A DNA stretch of 64,000 nucleotides from Candidatus Micrarchaeaceae archaeon. Its GTDB lineage: Bacteria; Chloroflexota; Dormibacteria; Aeolococcales; Bog-877. Positions 1-10,702 of the stretch are shown here, piece by piece. The stretch's first letter is position 1; every line of letters begins with the position of its first letter. A program made the translations under genes and the position numbers. Below the pieces are notes generated by a model, which had not been told where the DNA came from, ran no database searches, and was given only the letters and a program-made list of their open reading frames with translations. The stretch covers positions 9,673 through 73,672 of the forward strand of contig DATKSI010000031.1 in NCBI GenBank assembly GCA_035531715.1, given 5' to 3'.

Positions 1-1070
1 TCCGGGTCGACCGGGTCGCCGATCTTGAGCCGTCCGGCCAGCTCCAGCACCCGGTCGAGCACCTGGTCGTAGACGGCATCGACCAGGACCGCTCTCGAGC
101 CCGCGGAGCACTTCTGTCCCTGGAAGCCGAAGGCCGAGGTGACGATCGCCTGGGCAGCCAGTTCCAGGTCGGCGGTCTCGTCGACCACCACCGCGTTTTT
201 GCCCCCCATCTCCAGCTGGACCCGCTTCAGCCAGAGCTGACCAGGGTGTACCCGCGAGGCCCGCTCGTAGATCCGCACCCCGATCTCCCTGGATCCGGTG
301 AAGGCCACGAAGCGGATCCGGGGATGGTCCACCAGCGCCTCGCCGATCACCGACCCCCGTCCGGTCAGCAGATTGATCACCCCGGGGGGGAGCCCCAGCT
401 CGGTGAAGATCTCCACCAGCCAGGCTGCGGTGGTGCTCGAGGTCTCGGCCGGCTTGAGGATCACGCAGTTCCCGGCAACCACCGCCGCCGTCATCATCCC
501 GGTGGCCAGGGCCAGCGGGAAGTTCCAGGGGGAGATCACCGCCCCCACTCCGAGGGGTAGGTAGCGGAACTGGGTCAGCTCGCCGGGCCAGGGCGCCATC
601 TTGTCCCGGCCACTCAGCTCCAGCGCCTGGCGGGCGTACCACTCCATCAGGTCCACGACCTCGGAGACCTCTCCGTCCGCCTCGTCCCAGGCCTTGCCGA
701 CCTCATAAACCATCAGCGCCGCCAGCTGGTCGCGGCGCCGACGGACCACCTCGGCGGCCCGCAGCAGGAGGAGAGCCCGCTCCTCAACCGGGGTCCTGGA
801 CCACTCGGGGAAGGCCCTCCAACCGGCGGCGACCGCCCGATCCACGTCCTCCACCCGGCCCGCCGCGTGGCGACCGATCACCTCCTCCGGGTGGGCCGGG
901 TTGCGGGACTGGATCAGCTCCCCGGTCTGCACCCGCTCACCACCGATGAGCAGCGAGTAATCCCGGCCCAGCCCGCCTCGCACCTCTTCGAGGGCCGCCG
1001 CGAACCGGCGCCGGTTGTCGGCCAGCGCGAAGTCCAGGGTCGGCTCATTTCGGAACGGAGCCAGCGGCAT
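1..1070 (-). CDS. pruA: 1-pyrroline-5-carboxylate dehydrogenase (aldehyde dehydrogenase family). The start codon is at 1068-1070; the C-terminus runs off the left window edge.
   Basis: Reverse-complement translation begins [23 protein letters not shown]... It contains the ALDH motifs [11 protein letters not shown] and [10 protein letters not shown] (catalytic Cys). A GAGGAGG RBS sits 8 nt upstream of the ATG. The gene is absent from the ORF track because it has no in-window stop. Confidence 0.85.
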   Translation of the reverse strand, partial: MPLAPFRNEPTLDFALADNRRRFAAALEEVRGGLGRDYSLLIGGERVQTGELIQSRNPAHPEEVIGRHAAGRVEDVDRAVAAGWRAFPEWSRTPVEERALLLLRAAEVVRRRRDQLAALMVYEVGKAWDEADGEVSEVVDLMEWYARQALELSGRDKMAPWPGELTQFRYLPLGVGAVISPWNFPLALATGMMTAAVVAGNCVILKPAETSSTTAAWLVEIFTELGLPPGVINLLTGRGSVIGEALVDHPRIRFVAFTGSREIGVRIYERASRVHPGQLWLKRVQLEMGGKNAVVVDETADLELAAQAIVTSAFGFQGQKCSAGSRAVLVDAVYDQVLDRVLELAGRLKIGDPVDP

Positions 1071-1149
1071 GGGAGGTCCTCCTCGTCGGTTGCGATTGTC
1101 GTGACCCGGCTGCCTTGCCGGCATCAGCGCCGCGGTCGAAGTCGCCGGA

Positions 1150-2115
1150 CTATCGCCGCACCAGGTTGCGGGCCAGGAAGAGCACGTTGGCGGGGCGTTC
1201 AGCGAGCCGCCTCATGAAGAAGGGGTACCAGTGGGTGCCGTAGGAGGTGGCCACCAGTACGGTGTAGCCCTGCGCCAGCAGATCCCGCTGGAGTTGGGGC
1301 CGGATGCCGTAGAGCATCTGGAACTCGAAGGCCTCCGGGCGGATCCCCTCTTGCGCGGTGAAGTTGATCGCGTGCTGGACCATCCTTTCATCGTGCGTGG
1401 CAATGGCGGTGTAGCCGCCTCGGGTCAGGGCCAGCTCCATCATCCGGAGGTAGTTCTCGTCGACCTCGGCCTTCTTGGCGAAGGCTACCTCGGGGCTCTC
1501 GAGGTAGGCGCCCTTGACCAGCCGCAGGTTGGGAGAGAGGGGCAGGAGCGACTCCAGATCGGCCCAGGAGCGGCGCAGGCTGGACTGGAGCACCGCCCCA
1601 ACGTTGTCGAATCCCCGGGCGCGGAGCCTGCGGTAGGTCATGAGGGTGGCGTCGACATGGGTCGAGTCCTCCATGTCGATGCGCATGGTCATGCCCAGCT
1701 CGGTCGACAGCTGGAGCAGCCGGACCATGTTGTGCTCGGCCAGCTCAGCCGACAGGTCGAGCCCCATCAGGGTCAGCTTGATGGCCACATTGCAGTTGAG
1801 CTCCTCGGCGGCCAGCCGTCGGATGAGCCCCTGGTAGTCCTCCACCGCCAGGTCGGCGTCAGCGGCGCTGGTGACCGCCTCACCCAGCAGGGTGGCATTG
1901 CACTTGAAACCCTGCCGATTGAGGTTGCGCACCGCCTCGACGCACTGGTCGAGAGTCTCGCCGGTGACGAACCGGGAGGCCCCCAGCCGCATCCCGTACC
2001 TGGCCATGAAGGCCTTGGTGGCCCGGTTCTGCGCGGCGGCCAGGATCGTGCTTCGGGCCATCGCATTCAGCGAGGGCAAGCGGTCAGCCCGCCTGGATTC
2101 GGGCCGGTTGGGCAC
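1150..2115 (-). CDS. pruB: proline dehydrogenase (monofunctional PutA-like)
   Basis: 321-aa ORF with a proline dehydrogenase TIM-barrel signature (…[23 protein letters not shown]…, …IATHDERMV…). It lies immediately upstream of and co-directional with the P5C dehydrogenase. The true start may be the internal Met (MARSTIL…) near 2061. Confidence 0.8.
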   Translation of the reverse strand: MPNRPESRRADRLPSLNAMARSTILAAAQNRATKAFMARYGMRLGASRFVTGETLDQCVEAVRNLNRQGFKCNATLLGEAVTSAADADLAVEDYQGLIRRLAAEELNCNVAIKLTLMGLDLSAELAEHNMVRLLQLSTELGMTMRIDMEDSTHVDATLMTYRRLRARGFDNVGAVLQSSLRRSWADLESLLPLSPNLRLVKGAYLESPEVAFAKKAEVDENYLRMMELALTRGGYTAIATHDERMVQHAINFTAQEGIRPEAFEFQMLYGIRPQLQRDLLAQGYTVLVATSYGTHWYPFFMRRLAERPANVLFLARNLVRR

Positions 2116-2279
2116 GGGTGTCCCGGGCTAGAGGCATCGGCGGACGTCACCTCCAAAGTGGCTCAGCGCTCCATTCTCCGCGGTTCGGCGAGGGCGGCGT
2201 CCTCGGCCAGGCGGCGGCAGCTGGACCCGGGAATAGCTCGAGCGCCGGCGGCGTCCCGGTTGGGCTTAGATTGATCGAT

Positions 2280-3290
2280 ATGAGTCCAGCGGCATTCCCC
2301 ACCCGTCGGCTCGGCCAGGAGGGTCTGGTCGTCTCCGCTCTGGGCCTCGGTTGTATGGGCATGTCCCAGGCCTACGGACCCGCCGATGAGGCCGGGTCCT
2401 CGGCGACGATTGACCGGGCGCTCGAGCTCGGGATCTGCTTTCTGGACACGGCCAACGCCTACGGTGACGGCCACAACGAAAGGCTGGTGGGCCGGGCGAT
2501 CGCCGGACGACGAGATCAGGTCGTGCTGGCGACCAAGTTCGGGATTGTCCGGGACAGCGCGATGGCGAGCTCGATCAGTGGACGGCCCGAATACGTGCGG
2601 AGCTGCTGTGAGGAGTCGCTGCAGCGGCTGAACACCGACTACATCGACCTCTACTATCAGCACCGGGTTGATCCCGAAGTTCCGATCGAGGAAACGGTGG
2701 GAGCAATGGCCGAGCTGGTGGGGGCCGGCAAGGTGCGCTTTCTTGGCCTCTCGGAAGCCAGCGCCGACTCCCTGGAGCGGGCGGCGGCGATCCACCCGAT
2801 CAGCGCCCTCCAGAGCGAGTGGTCGCTCTGGACCAGGGACATCGAGGAGGAGGTTCTGGCGACCGCCCGCCGGCTGGGGATCGGACTGGTCCCCTTCAGT
2901 CCTCTGGGCCGGGGATTCCTGAGCGGGAAGATCAGGGATCCAAAAGATTTCGGAGCCGATGATTTCCGCCACGAGAATCCTCGCTTCCAGGGGGAGAACT
3001 TCGAGCGAAATCTGGAGCTGGTGCGGCTGGTGGAACAGCTGGCGACTGACCGAGGGATTACCCCCGCCCAGCTGGCCCTGGCCTGGTTGCTCGGACAAGG
3101 GGACGACGTGGTGCCGATCCCGGGCACCAAGCAGCGGCTCAAGCTGGAGGAGAACGCCCAAGCCGCATCGGTAACCCTCTCCGATGCCGAACTGGACCGG
3201 CTCAGCTCCCTGGTGCCGCCCGGCGCGTTTGCCGGGTCGCGCTACCCCGACAGCCGGTACAGCTACGGATCCAGTCCCGCCCGCGGCTGA
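2280..3290 (+). CDS. aldo/keto reductase family oxidoreductase
   Basis: Track ORF 2118..3290. The AKR N-terminus [29 protein letters not shown] starts at the ATG at 2280. It carries the [28 protein letters not shown] and [13 protein letters not shown] motifs. Confidence 0.85.
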   Translation: MSPAAFPTRRLGQEGLVVSALGLGCMGMSQAYGPADEAGSSATIDRALELGICFLDTANAYGDGHNERLVGRAIAGRRDQVVLATKFGIVRDSAMASSISGRPEYVRSCCEESLQRLNTDYIDLYYQHRVDPEVPIEETVGAMAELVGAGKVRFLGLSEASADSLERAAAIHPISALQSEWSLWTRDIEEEVLATARRLGIGLVPFSPLGRGFLSGKIRDPKDFGADDFRHENPRFQGENFERNLELVRLVEQLATDRGITPAQLALAWLLGQGDDVVPIPGTKQRLKLEENAQAASVTLSDAELDRLSSLVPPGAFAGSRYPDSRYSYGSSPARG

Positions 3291-3329
3291 GCAGTCAGCT
3301 GGGGTGGGTGGGTGGCCGGGCATCGCTGC

Positions 3330-3776
3330 TCACCTCTCGTACACCACGTAGGAGGTGCGGTGAGCGACCCGGTCGTAGAGCGAGCGGGCGGGGGCGTTGA
3401 ACTCCTGGGTCTCCCAGTAGGTGCTCGCGGCGCCGCGGCGGTCGGCCTCCTCGAAGGCAGACTCGAGCAGCTCCCGGGCAACCCCTTTCCCACGGGCCTG
3501 GGTGGCGACGAACAGGTCCTCCACGTAGCAGCGGTCGGAGCTGGACCAGGTTGTGGGGTGGAACACCAGATGGACGAACCCCAGCAAGCGATGGCTTTCG
3601 TCCTCAGCCACCAGTCCCACCACCGGACCGGTGCCGGCGGCGAGCCGGGAGAAGGTATCCCAGGTCACCCGGTCATCGATCTCCGCCCGATAGAAGTGCA
3701 GGTAGGCCTCCCAGAGCTGGGTCCAGGACCTTCGGTCGCTCTCGGAAAGTGGTCTCACCATGTCGGGAACCTCCAT
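3330..3776 (-). CDS. GNAT family N-acetyltransferase
   Basis: 148 aa with an acetyl-CoA binding motif …VATQARGKGVARELLE… An alternative start is at MVRPLSE (3761). Confidence 0.8.
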   Translation of the reverse strand: MEVPDMVRPLSESDRRSWTQLWEAYLHFYRAEIDDRVTWDTFSRLAAGTGPVVGLVAEDESHRLLGFVHLVFHPTTWSSSDRCYVEDLFVATQARGKGVARELLESAFEEADRRGAASTYWETQEFNAPARSLYDRVAHRTSYVVYER

Positions 3777-4209
3777 TGGCTCAGAAGTGCAGCAGTCGCC
3801 ACTTGTGGATCAGGGGCGCCTGGTCCGCCGGGAGAGTCGGCCCGCCGGAGTTGGGAAGGTAATGCCGCTCGGCTGGGGGAAGACGGGATGAAGGCCACCA
3901 TCAGTGTCGGGCGGGGACCATGCTGGGCCGCCCACCTTGCCACGGCTGGCGGGGTACCCGGATCTCGGTGAGTTCGAAGCTCCAAGGTTCAACGCCGGCC
4001 CGGTAACCGTCGACCCAACCATCGACGCCATGCGAGAAAGCTTTGGCGAAGAGGGAACATTTCGACCCGCCCAGCCGCTTGCCCCTGACCTCCCGTGAGG
4101 ATCGGAGCGGGATGAAGCGACCGCCTCGGTCGCCCCGCTCCACAAGCGTGGGCATTCCTCGCCAGAGGAGCGATCTCGCGGCTGGCCACTATTCATCACA
4201 ATTGGCTAC

Positions 4210-4431
4210 GTGGTATTGACCGGATTTGGGGCCGCCGCGGTGACCTTCATGGTGGTGATGTACGCCCTGGAGCGGCGCCACCCCGGATTCGTCCTGGCCT
4301 TCGCCGGCGGCTGCCTGCTGTCGAGCACTTACGGCTTCCTGGCTGGCGCCTGGCCGTTCGGCGTGGTCGAGATCGTCTGGGCCGGGATCGCGCTCCGGCG
4401 GTACTTCGGGGCGAGGGCGAGCGCTCGCTAG
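4210..4431 (+). CDS. small hypothetical membrane protein (two predicted TM helices)
   Basis: 73-aa hydrophobic ORF (AAAVTFMVVMYAL…FVLAFAGGCLLSSTYGFLAGAW) with codon usage like the neighbouring genes. No recognisable family. Confidence 0.4.
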   Translation: MVLTGFGAAAVTFMVVMYALERRHPGFVLAFAGGCLLSSTYGFLAGAWPFGVVEIVWAGIALRRYFGARASAR

Positions 4432-4492
4432 TCGCCCGGCGCCGATTCCGGGTGCGGAGCTCGCTTCAGCAAGGCTAGCCGTCCGCGACTCC

Positions 4493-5473
4493 TCATTCAG
4501 CCGCCCTAGTGGAGCGCGGCGGCGATGGAGCGGTCCCAGCTGCGGGTTCCGGGCTCAGGACGCGGGTCCGCTGCAGGCTGCGGTCGAGCAGGCTGGCCAG
4601 CGAGTAGAGGACCTCTAGGTGGGGGACCTGGATCTCCATGATCTGGGCCAGCTCCACCAAGGCTCCCACGGTGGCCCCCAGCTCAAGCGGCCGCCCCGAT
4701 TCGACGTCCTGGAGCATGGAGGTCTTGTGGCCGCCGACTCGCCCAGCGCCCTGAATGCGTTTCTCGATTCCGACCGGGAGCTCGAGCCCGAGCTCGCGCC
4801 CGATCAACTCCACCTCCTCCATCACCGCTCTGACCAAAGGCACCGCTCCGTCGGAGGAGGTGATCTCCTCCAGGGTGGCTCGAGACAGGGCCGAGATGGG
4901 GTTGAAGCTGGCGTTTCCCAGCAGCTTGAGCCAGAGCTCGGGCCGGATTCGCTGCGGCACGGGCGCCTTGAAGCCGGCGCGACGCAGCGCCGCCGAGACC
5001 TCCGCGGTCCGAGCCGAGGTTCCTCCGGTGGGCTCGCCCAGGCTGATGCGATTCCCTTCCAGGTGCTCGACCACCCCCCACTCCGAGATCCGGGCGGCCG
5101 GATAGACGATGCAGCCGACCACCCGACGGGCGTCGATGTTCTGGGAGATGACTCCGCCCGGGTCCACCGCCTGGAGCGTGGTCCCCTCCCAGGTTCCCCC
5201 GAACCCGGAGAAGAACCACCAGGGGATCCCGTTCTGGGCGCTGAACACGCTGGTCTGGGGGCCGAGCGCCGCTCCCAAACGTTCCGCCAAAGGAGGCAGG
5301 CTGTGCGCCTTCACCGTGAGGAACACCGCATCGGCGGAGCCGATCGGCGTCAGCTCTTCGGTGCACTCCGGGTGCACTGTGAAGTCGCCGGAGATCCCGG
5401 TCACCCGCAGCCCCTGGCTGCGCAGGGCCGCCAGCTGTGGGCCCCGGGCGATCAGGGTGACCTCCTCTCCCAC
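4493..5473 (-). CDS. panE: 2-dehydropantoate 2-reductase (ketopantoate reductase, ApbA/PanE family). The true N-terminus lies upstream of the first canonical start.
   Basis: KPR-like C-terminal domain. The Rossmann motif LKFVVLGAGATGGLLGAHLAR is encoded in-frame upstream of the first ATG/GTG/TTG (GTG at 5473), with no canonical start back to the in-frame stop at 5702. A CTG at 5534-5536 overlaps the TGA stop of the upstream ligase gene in a CTGA arrangement. Confidence 0.75.
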   Translation of the reverse strand: MGEEVTLIARGPQLAALRSQGLRVTGISGDFTVHPECTEELTPIGSADAVFLTVKAHSLPPLAERLGAALGPQTSVFSAQNGIPWWFFSGFGGTWEGTTLQAVDPGGVISQNIDARRVVGCIVYPAARISEWGVVEHLEGNRISLGEPTGGTSARTAEVSAALRRAGFKAPVPQRIRPELWLKLLGNASFNPISALSRATLEEITSSDGAVPLVRAVMEEVELIGRELGLELPVGIEKRIQGAGRVGGHKTSMLQDVESGRPLELGATVGALVELAQIMEIQVPHLEVLYSLASLLDRSLQRTRVLSPEPAAGTAPSPPRSTRAAE

Positions 5474-5543
5474 TCGGGCAAGGTGAGCCCCCAGCAGCCC
5501 CCCGGTGGCCCCGGCGCCGAGGACAACGAACTTCAGGTCAGCC

Positions 5544-7040
5544 TCACTTCGGCGTGCAGGCCTCGGCCACGATCCGCCGCTGGATCTTTCCGGTCGCCGT
5601 CCGAGGAATCGCCTCCACGATGAACAGGCGACTGGGAACCTTGAACTCGGCCAGATGCTCCCGACAGTAGGCGAGCAGCTCCTTCTCGTCGCTGGGAGAG
5701 CTCAGCACCACCGCCGCCGCAACCTCCTCCCCCCAGGTCGGGTGGGGCCGACCGAAGGAAACCGCCTCAGCGACCGCCGGGTGGGCCTCCAGGACGCCGT
5801 CGACCTCCAGGGGAGCGATCTTCTCGCCACCCCGGTTGATCATCTCCTTGAGCCTGCCCGAGAGGGTCAGATACCCCTGCGCATCCAACAGACCGAGGTC
5901 ACCGGTGCGGAACCAGCCGTCGGTGAAGGAATCGGCGTTGGCCTGGGGATTCGCCTCGTACCCATCGGTCACGTTGGCTCCTCGGATGACCACCTCCCCG
6001 GGGGAGCCGGCGGGAAGCAGCTGGCCACCCTCCGAGATGGTCGCGATCTCGACCCCGGTTCCCGGTCCCACCGAGCCCGGGCGGCGCTCCTTCGGCGGCA
6101 GCGGATTGGAGGCCATCTGGTGGCTGGCCTCGGTCATGCCGTAGGCCTCCAGCACCGGGACCCCGAAGCGCGCTTCCATCTCCGCCATCTGGTCGGGACT
6201 CAGTGCCGAGCTGCAGCTTCGGACGAAACGAAGTCCCTGGCTCCCGAGCGGCTGGTTCTCGGTGGTCCGCATCAGGATCATCTTGTGGGGGGTCGGGGAG
6301 GCGCTGAACCAGGTCGGCCGGTACTCCCTGGCCAGAGGCCAGAAGGCCAGCGGGTTGAACTTGCGGGGGGTGATCACCGAGCCACCCGCAGCCAGCGCAG
6401 AGAGCGCTGATGCCACCAGGCCGTGGACATGGAACAGGGGCATCGCGCAGAGCGAGACGTCGTCCTCGGTCAGCTGGTAGTGGGTGACAATGTGGCTCAC
6501 CGAGGCGGTCAGGTGTCGGTGCCGAAGTGGGACCCGCTTGGGCCGACTGGTCGTCCCGCTGGTGTGCAGCACGAGGGCGACATCATCTGGCGCAGCCGCG
6601 TTCGCGCTCCGACCGGCCACCGCTGGCCGGGCAGATTCGAGATGGAGATCGCCGTGGGCATCGATCTCGACCTCGACCACCACCCCTTCCGGCGGCAGGG
6701 CCCGCCTGGCCGCGATCCCCTCACCTCTCGGGACCAGCAGAATTCGGGCTCCCGTGTCCTCCAGGTAGAAGCGGAACTCCTCTTCCTTGTAGGCGGGGTT
6801 GAGCGGACAGGAGGTGGACCCCAGCGTCGCAGCCAGGAACATCACGATCGCCTCGGGCCCATTGGGGAGGGCCATCGCCACCCGGTCGCCGGCGCCGACC
6901 CCGAGTGCGGCCAGCCGATCGGCAGCCTCCTCGACCAACTGGCGCAGTCGAAGGTGGCTGAGGACCGGCCCCTCCGGCACCAATATGGCTGGATGGTCGT
7001 CGCCGCCGCGGATCAGCAGGTCGACCACGGTTTTACTCAT
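5544..7040 (-). CDS. AMP-dependent synthetase/ligase (acyl-CoA synthetase family, class I adenylate-forming enzyme)
   Basis: Track ORF extends to 7337, but GGAGG-N6-ATG (MSKTVVDLLIRGG…) at 7040 is the likely start. Motifs seen: LHTSGTTSRPK (A3), YGMTE (A5), GWFRTGDLG (A7), TATGKIQRR (A10). Confidence 0.85.
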   Translation of the reverse strand: MSKTVVDLLIRGGDDHPAILVPEGPVLSHLRLRQLVEEAADRLAALGVGAGDRVAMALPNGPEAIVMFLAATLGSTSCPLNPAYKEEEFRFYLEDTGARILLVPRGEGIAARRALPPEGVVVEVEIDAHGDLHLESARPAVAGRSANAAAPDDVALVLHTSGTTSRPKRVPLRHRHLTASVSHIVTHYQLTEDDVSLCAMPLFHVHGLVASALSALAAGGSVITPRKFNPLAFWPLAREYRPTWFSASPTPHKMILMRTTENQPLGSQGLRFVRSCSSALSPDQMAEMEARFGVPVLEAYGMTEASHQMASNPLPPKERRPGSVGPGTGVEIATISEGGQLLPAGSPGEVVIRGANVTDGYEANPQANADSFTDGWFRTGDLGLLDAQGYLTLSGRLKEMINRGGEKIAPLEVDGVLEAHPAVAEAVSFGRPHPTWGEEVAAAVVLSSPSDEKELLAYCREHLAEFKVPSRLFIVEAIPRTATGKIQRRIVAEACTPK

Positions 7041-7409
7041 CGCAAGCCTCCGGGATTCTGACGGGTGACGCCAGCCGGCTCGACAGGCTCTCGGGGTCAT
7101 GCGGGCCACATCGGCCGACCCCGGATGCCCGGCAGTGTAGCCCCAGGGCGGTCGGGGCTGGGAGGAGCAGCGACCTCGCCGGGAATGGCCGGCTCTGATA
7201 TCGCGCAATCGAGTGCATTTACCCCTTGACGTGATTCCGCCGGCGGTGTACGTTGCCATCTCATGTTCAGGGGAATCCCCCCGAACGTGGCGCGCCCGCA
7301 CTCCGCGACTCGGGTGCGGGCTCCGATGAGGAGTCACCCAGATCCGTTCGACGGGCGCTGACGATGACTCGGGAGAGACACGACAAGATCAAAGGAGGTT
7401 GACTGTCCA

Positions 7410-8315
7410 GTGAGGCTTGCGACGATCAGGACCGCAGAGGGGCCCCGGCTCCACGTCCGGGGTCAGGCGGGCTACGTCGACGCCGCGGCCGCTACCGGCA
7501 ATTCTCAGCTCACCACGATGAGTTCGGCACTTGCCGCCGCCCCAGAGGCCTGGGAGCAGCTCCGGGCCCTCCAGTCACAGCCGGGTCGCCCGACCGAGGA
7601 ATCCGAGTTCGCGGCGGCGGTTCCGGACGCGCCTCGCATTCTCTGCATCGGGGTCAACTACAGCGACCATGCCAAGGAGACCGGGCGGAGCGTGCCCAGC
7701 TGGCCCGAGAGCTTTTTCCGGGGCGCCTCCAGCCTGGCAGGTCCATACGACGATCTGATCTTGCCCGCTCTCAGCGAGCGCTTCGACTACGAGGGCGAGC
7801 TGGGCATTGTGATCGGCCGGGGCGGCCGCTACATTCCCGCCGATCGGGCCCTCGAGGCGATCGCCGGATTCGTGGTCTGCAATGACGCCTCCGCCCGTGA
7901 CTGGCAGCGGGCCGGCACCCAGTGGACCCCGGGCAAGAACTTCGACGGCACGATGCCGCTGGGACCGGAGCTGGTCACGGTCGATGAGGTCGATGTGGCC
8001 GATGTCCAGCTCACCACCAGCGTCAACGGCGAGGTCAGGCAGTCGGCCCGGACCTCCCAGATGCTGGTGAACGTGCCCCGGGCGGTGGAGTTTTTCTCGT
8101 CGTTCACGACGCTACGTCCCGGAGACGTGATCGCCACCGGCACCCCGGGGGGGGTGGGGATGGGACACCAGCCGCCGCTGTGGCTGGTGCCCGGCGACAT
8201 CGTCGAGGTCACGGTCGAGGGGGTCGGCACCATCCGTAACCGGGTGGTGGCCGAGAACCCGCAGCAGGTATCGCGTACGTGGGTTCCGGCCTCTGCATCC
8301 GGCCCGGGCCTGTAA
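7410..8315 (+). CDS. fumarylacetoacetate hydrolase (FAH) family protein
   Basis: 301 aa with a GTG start preceded by AAAGGAGG. FAH-fold motifs seen: …FDYEGELGIVIGRGG…, …LRPGDVIATGTPGGVG…. Confidence 0.85.
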   Translation: MRLATIRTAEGPRLHVRGQAGYVDAAAATGNSQLTTMSSALAAAPEAWEQLRALQSQPGRPTEESEFAAAVPDAPRILCIGVNYSDHAKETGRSVPSWPESFFRGASSLAGPYDDLILPALSERFDYEGELGIVIGRGGRYIPADRALEAIAGFVVCNDASARDWQRAGTQWTPGKNFDGTMPLGPELVTVDEVDVADVQLTTSVNGEVRQSARTSQMLVNVPRAVEFFSSFTTLRPGDVIATGTPGGVGMGHQPPLWLVPGDIVEVTVEGVGTIRNRVVAENPQQVSRTWVPASASGPGL

Positions 8316-8347
8316 ATTCGGCAGCTTGGTACTCAGGGAGGGACCCT

Positions 8348-9745
8348 ATGCGCTGGTTTCACCGTCGACCTGAAATCACCCCGATGCCCCCGTCGGACGA
8401 GGGCATCGATGGGAGCGACCGGCGAGTTGCGGCGCGAGGGCGCCGGCTAAGCGCGGCCGCCGTCGCCCTGGCTCTCGGGGTCGCGGCCGCCGCCACCAGC
8501 GGGGCCATCGCCTTCACCCCCGTGTCTGCGGCCAGCGGACCACTGGTGATCGGGGACCTCGCCCCATTCACCGGACCGGATTCCGCCCTGGGGGGTTATT
8601 ACATCGCCTCCTGCCTGGCGGCGACCACCGCCATCAACAAGGACGGCGGGGTGCTCGGTCACCAGCTGACCTGCCAGAGCTTCGACACCAGGGGTGATCC
8701 GGCCGACGCGGTGCCGGCCGCCAACCAGATGTTCGCCACCACGCCCAATCTGGCCATGGTGATCGGATGCACCTCGGACGAGGCGGCCTCGGTGGTTCCG
8801 ATCATGAACACCCACAAGATGGTGTCGTTCTGCATGACCGGGCAGTCCGAGTTCGACCACCACCACTACCCGTACTTCTTCCGCCTGGTTCCACCGGACC
8901 TGGCTGAGTCCTACGCGATGGTCGCCATCGCCAAGTACACCAAGCACTACAAGAAGATTGCCCTGGCGTTCGGCAACGACATCGGGTCGCAGACCTTCGT
9001 CAATCCCGCCCTCAGCTCGATCAAGAAGGCCGGACTGAAGCTCACCGCCAACGTGACCCTGGATCTCACCGCCAGCACCTTCCGCACCGAGGCCGAGACG
9101 GTCGTGCAGAGCCATCCCCAGGTGATCTTCACCGAGGCCCTGGGCTCCGCCGAAGCCACCTTCCTCTCCGAGGTGAAGCAGCTCAACGGGGGCAAGATGA
9201 TTCCGATCATCGGCACCTCGGCAACCATCGACCCGTCGTGGTACTCCTCGGTGGCCGCCGCGATCGGCAAGTCAACCTTGTCCAAGAACTACGTCGCCGA
9301 CAACTTGGTCACGGCCACCTCGGGACCCGCCTACACGCCGTTCTACGACGCCATGCACGCGGTGGCGTCGCAGGTCACCGCCGATGACTCGGGCAGCCTG
9401 GCAACGCTGCTCTCCGGGCCGGGTGCGGTCCACCTCTTCGACGGCATGAACCTGGCCGCGCTGGCCATGATCATGTCCAAGAGCACGGTGCCCAGCGTCT
9501 ACAAGGCTGACATCCTGAAGATCGGCGACGGGGTGAAGGGCGCGGTGGTGGTGCACAGCTTTGCTGCCGGTAAGGCTGCGCTCGCCAAGGGCAAGGCGAT
9601 CCGCTACATCGGACCCGGGGGTCCGACCAGCTTCGACAGCTATCACGATTCGCCGGGTATTTTCCAGATCGACGGCTACGGGCCCAACGGCGCGGTCACG
9701 GTGGTGGGAGGGATCACTACCGCCCACTACCGGGCGGTCCAGTAG
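8348..9745 (+). CDS. ABC transporter substrate-binding protein (type I periplasmic binding fold, branched-chain amino acid/amide type), secreted
   Basis: The track ORF starts at 8279. MRWFHRRPEI… at 8348 gives an Arg-rich N-region (RRVAARGRRLSAAAVALALGVAAAA, Tat-like signal). It is followed by the LivH/LivM/LivG/LivF genes. Confidence 0.8.
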   Translation: MRWFHRRPEITPMPPSDEGIDGSDRRVAARGRRLSAAAVALALGVAAAATSGAIAFTPVSAASGPLVIGDLAPFTGPDSALGGYYIASCLAATTAINKDGGVLGHQLTCQSFDTRGDPADAVPAANQMFATTPNLAMVIGCTSDEAASVVPIMNTHKMVSFCMTGQSEFDHHHYPYFFRLVPPDLAESYAMVAIAKYTKHYKKIALAFGNDIGSQTFVNPALSSIKKAGLKLTANVTLDLTASTFRTEAETVVQSHPQVIFTEALGSAEATFLSEVKQLNGGKMIPIIGTSATIDPSWYSSVAAAIGKSTLSKNYVADNLVTATSGPAYTPFYDAMHAVASQVTADDSGSLATLLSGPGAVHLFDGMNLAALAMIMSKSTVPSVYKADILKIGDGVKGAVVVHSFAAGKAALAKGKAIRYIGPGGPTSFDSYHDSPGIFQIDGYGPNGAVTVVGGITTAHYRAVQ

Positions 9746-9829
9746 CCAAGACCCACAGTTAATCCCAGACCGGGTGGGGCGAAGTTCGCCCCACCCGGTC
9801 CACTGCGCCCCAGGGAAACTCCTGTCCTC

Positions 9830-10702
9830 ATGAGCCTCTTCATCGCCTCCATCGGATTCGGCATCGTCACCGCCTCCGTGCTGGCCATTGCTTCCGTCGG
9901 TTTCACGGTGCAATTCGGCGTCACTGACGTGCTCAATCTGGCCTATGCATCGGTGATGATCGCCTGCGCCTACATCGCCTACCTGGTCAATCAAACCGGT
10001 CAGTCGGTTTGGTTGGCGATGGTGGTCGCAGCCATCGCCGGCGGCGTGATATCGCTGGTCATCAACAAATACATCTACGCGCCGTTCCAGCGCCGCGGCA
10101 CCTCGCCCACCGCCGTGGTCATCGTGTCGCTCGGAGTGCTGCTCATCATCGAGTTCACCATCCAGGCTATGGAGGGCGCGGCCAACGTCTCCTACACCAT
10201 GAGTCAGGGCGCCACCTACACCCTGGGCGGCCTCACCCTCACCGGGGTCCAGCTGGTGATCATCGGGCTCAGCCTGGCGTTCATGGTCGGGCTCCATCTG
10301 CTGCTGCGTTACACCCGTTTTGGGAAGGCCATGCGGGCCACCGCCGCCGATCGGACCCTCGCCCGCAACTGCGGCATTCGGACCGATCGGGTGATCACTC
10401 TCGCCTGTCTGATCACCGGCGCGCTGTGCGGCGTGGCCGGCACAGTTTTCGCCATCAATTCAGGCAGTTTTGGGGCCACCAGCGCGGACCTTTTTTTGGT
10501 CCTCATCCTCGCCGCCGTGTTCCTCGGCGGCCCCGGCCAACCCTATGGAGCAATGCTGGGAGCGCTGGTGATCGGGGTCGCCACCGAGGTCAGCGCGGTC
10601 TTCATCACCTCGGACTACAAATATGTCTCCGCCTTCGTCATCCTGCTGGTGATCTTGGCAGTCCGTCCGCGCGGGATCTTCAACGCCGGGACAATTGGCT
10701 GA
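9830..10702 (+). CDS. livH: branched-chain amino acid ABC transporter permease (LivH type)
   Basis: 290 aa, multi-TM. Typical LivH segments seen (…AYASVMIACAYIAY…, …GGPGQPYGAMLGALVIG…). Confidence 0.9.
   Translation: MSLFIASIGFGIVTASVLAIASVGFTVQFGVTDVLNLAYASVMIACAYIAYLVNQTGQSVWLAMVVAAIAGGVISLVINKYIYAPFQRRGTSPTAVVIVSLGVLLIIEFTIQAMEGAANVSYTMSQGATYTLGGLTLTGVQLVIIGLSLAFMVGLHLLLRYTRFGKAMRATAADRTLARNCGIRTDRVITLACLITGALCGVAGTVFAINSGSFGATSADLFLVLILAAVFLGGPGQPYGAMLGALVIGVATEVSAVFITSDYKYVSAFVILLVILAVRPRGIFNAGTIG

Noticed and set aside
2163-3323. 386-aa minus-strand ORF antisense to the aldo/keto reductase
   Set aside because: Pro/Gly/Arg-rich low-complexity translation typical of an antisense frame in high-GC DNA. 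The plus-strand gene has clear AKR motifs.
3904-4098. 64-aa plus-strand ORF in the 430-bp gap between the GNAT gene and the small membrane protein gene
   Set aside because: No RBS and a Pro/Gly-rich translation. The region may instead be leader/promoter sequence. Left unannotated.
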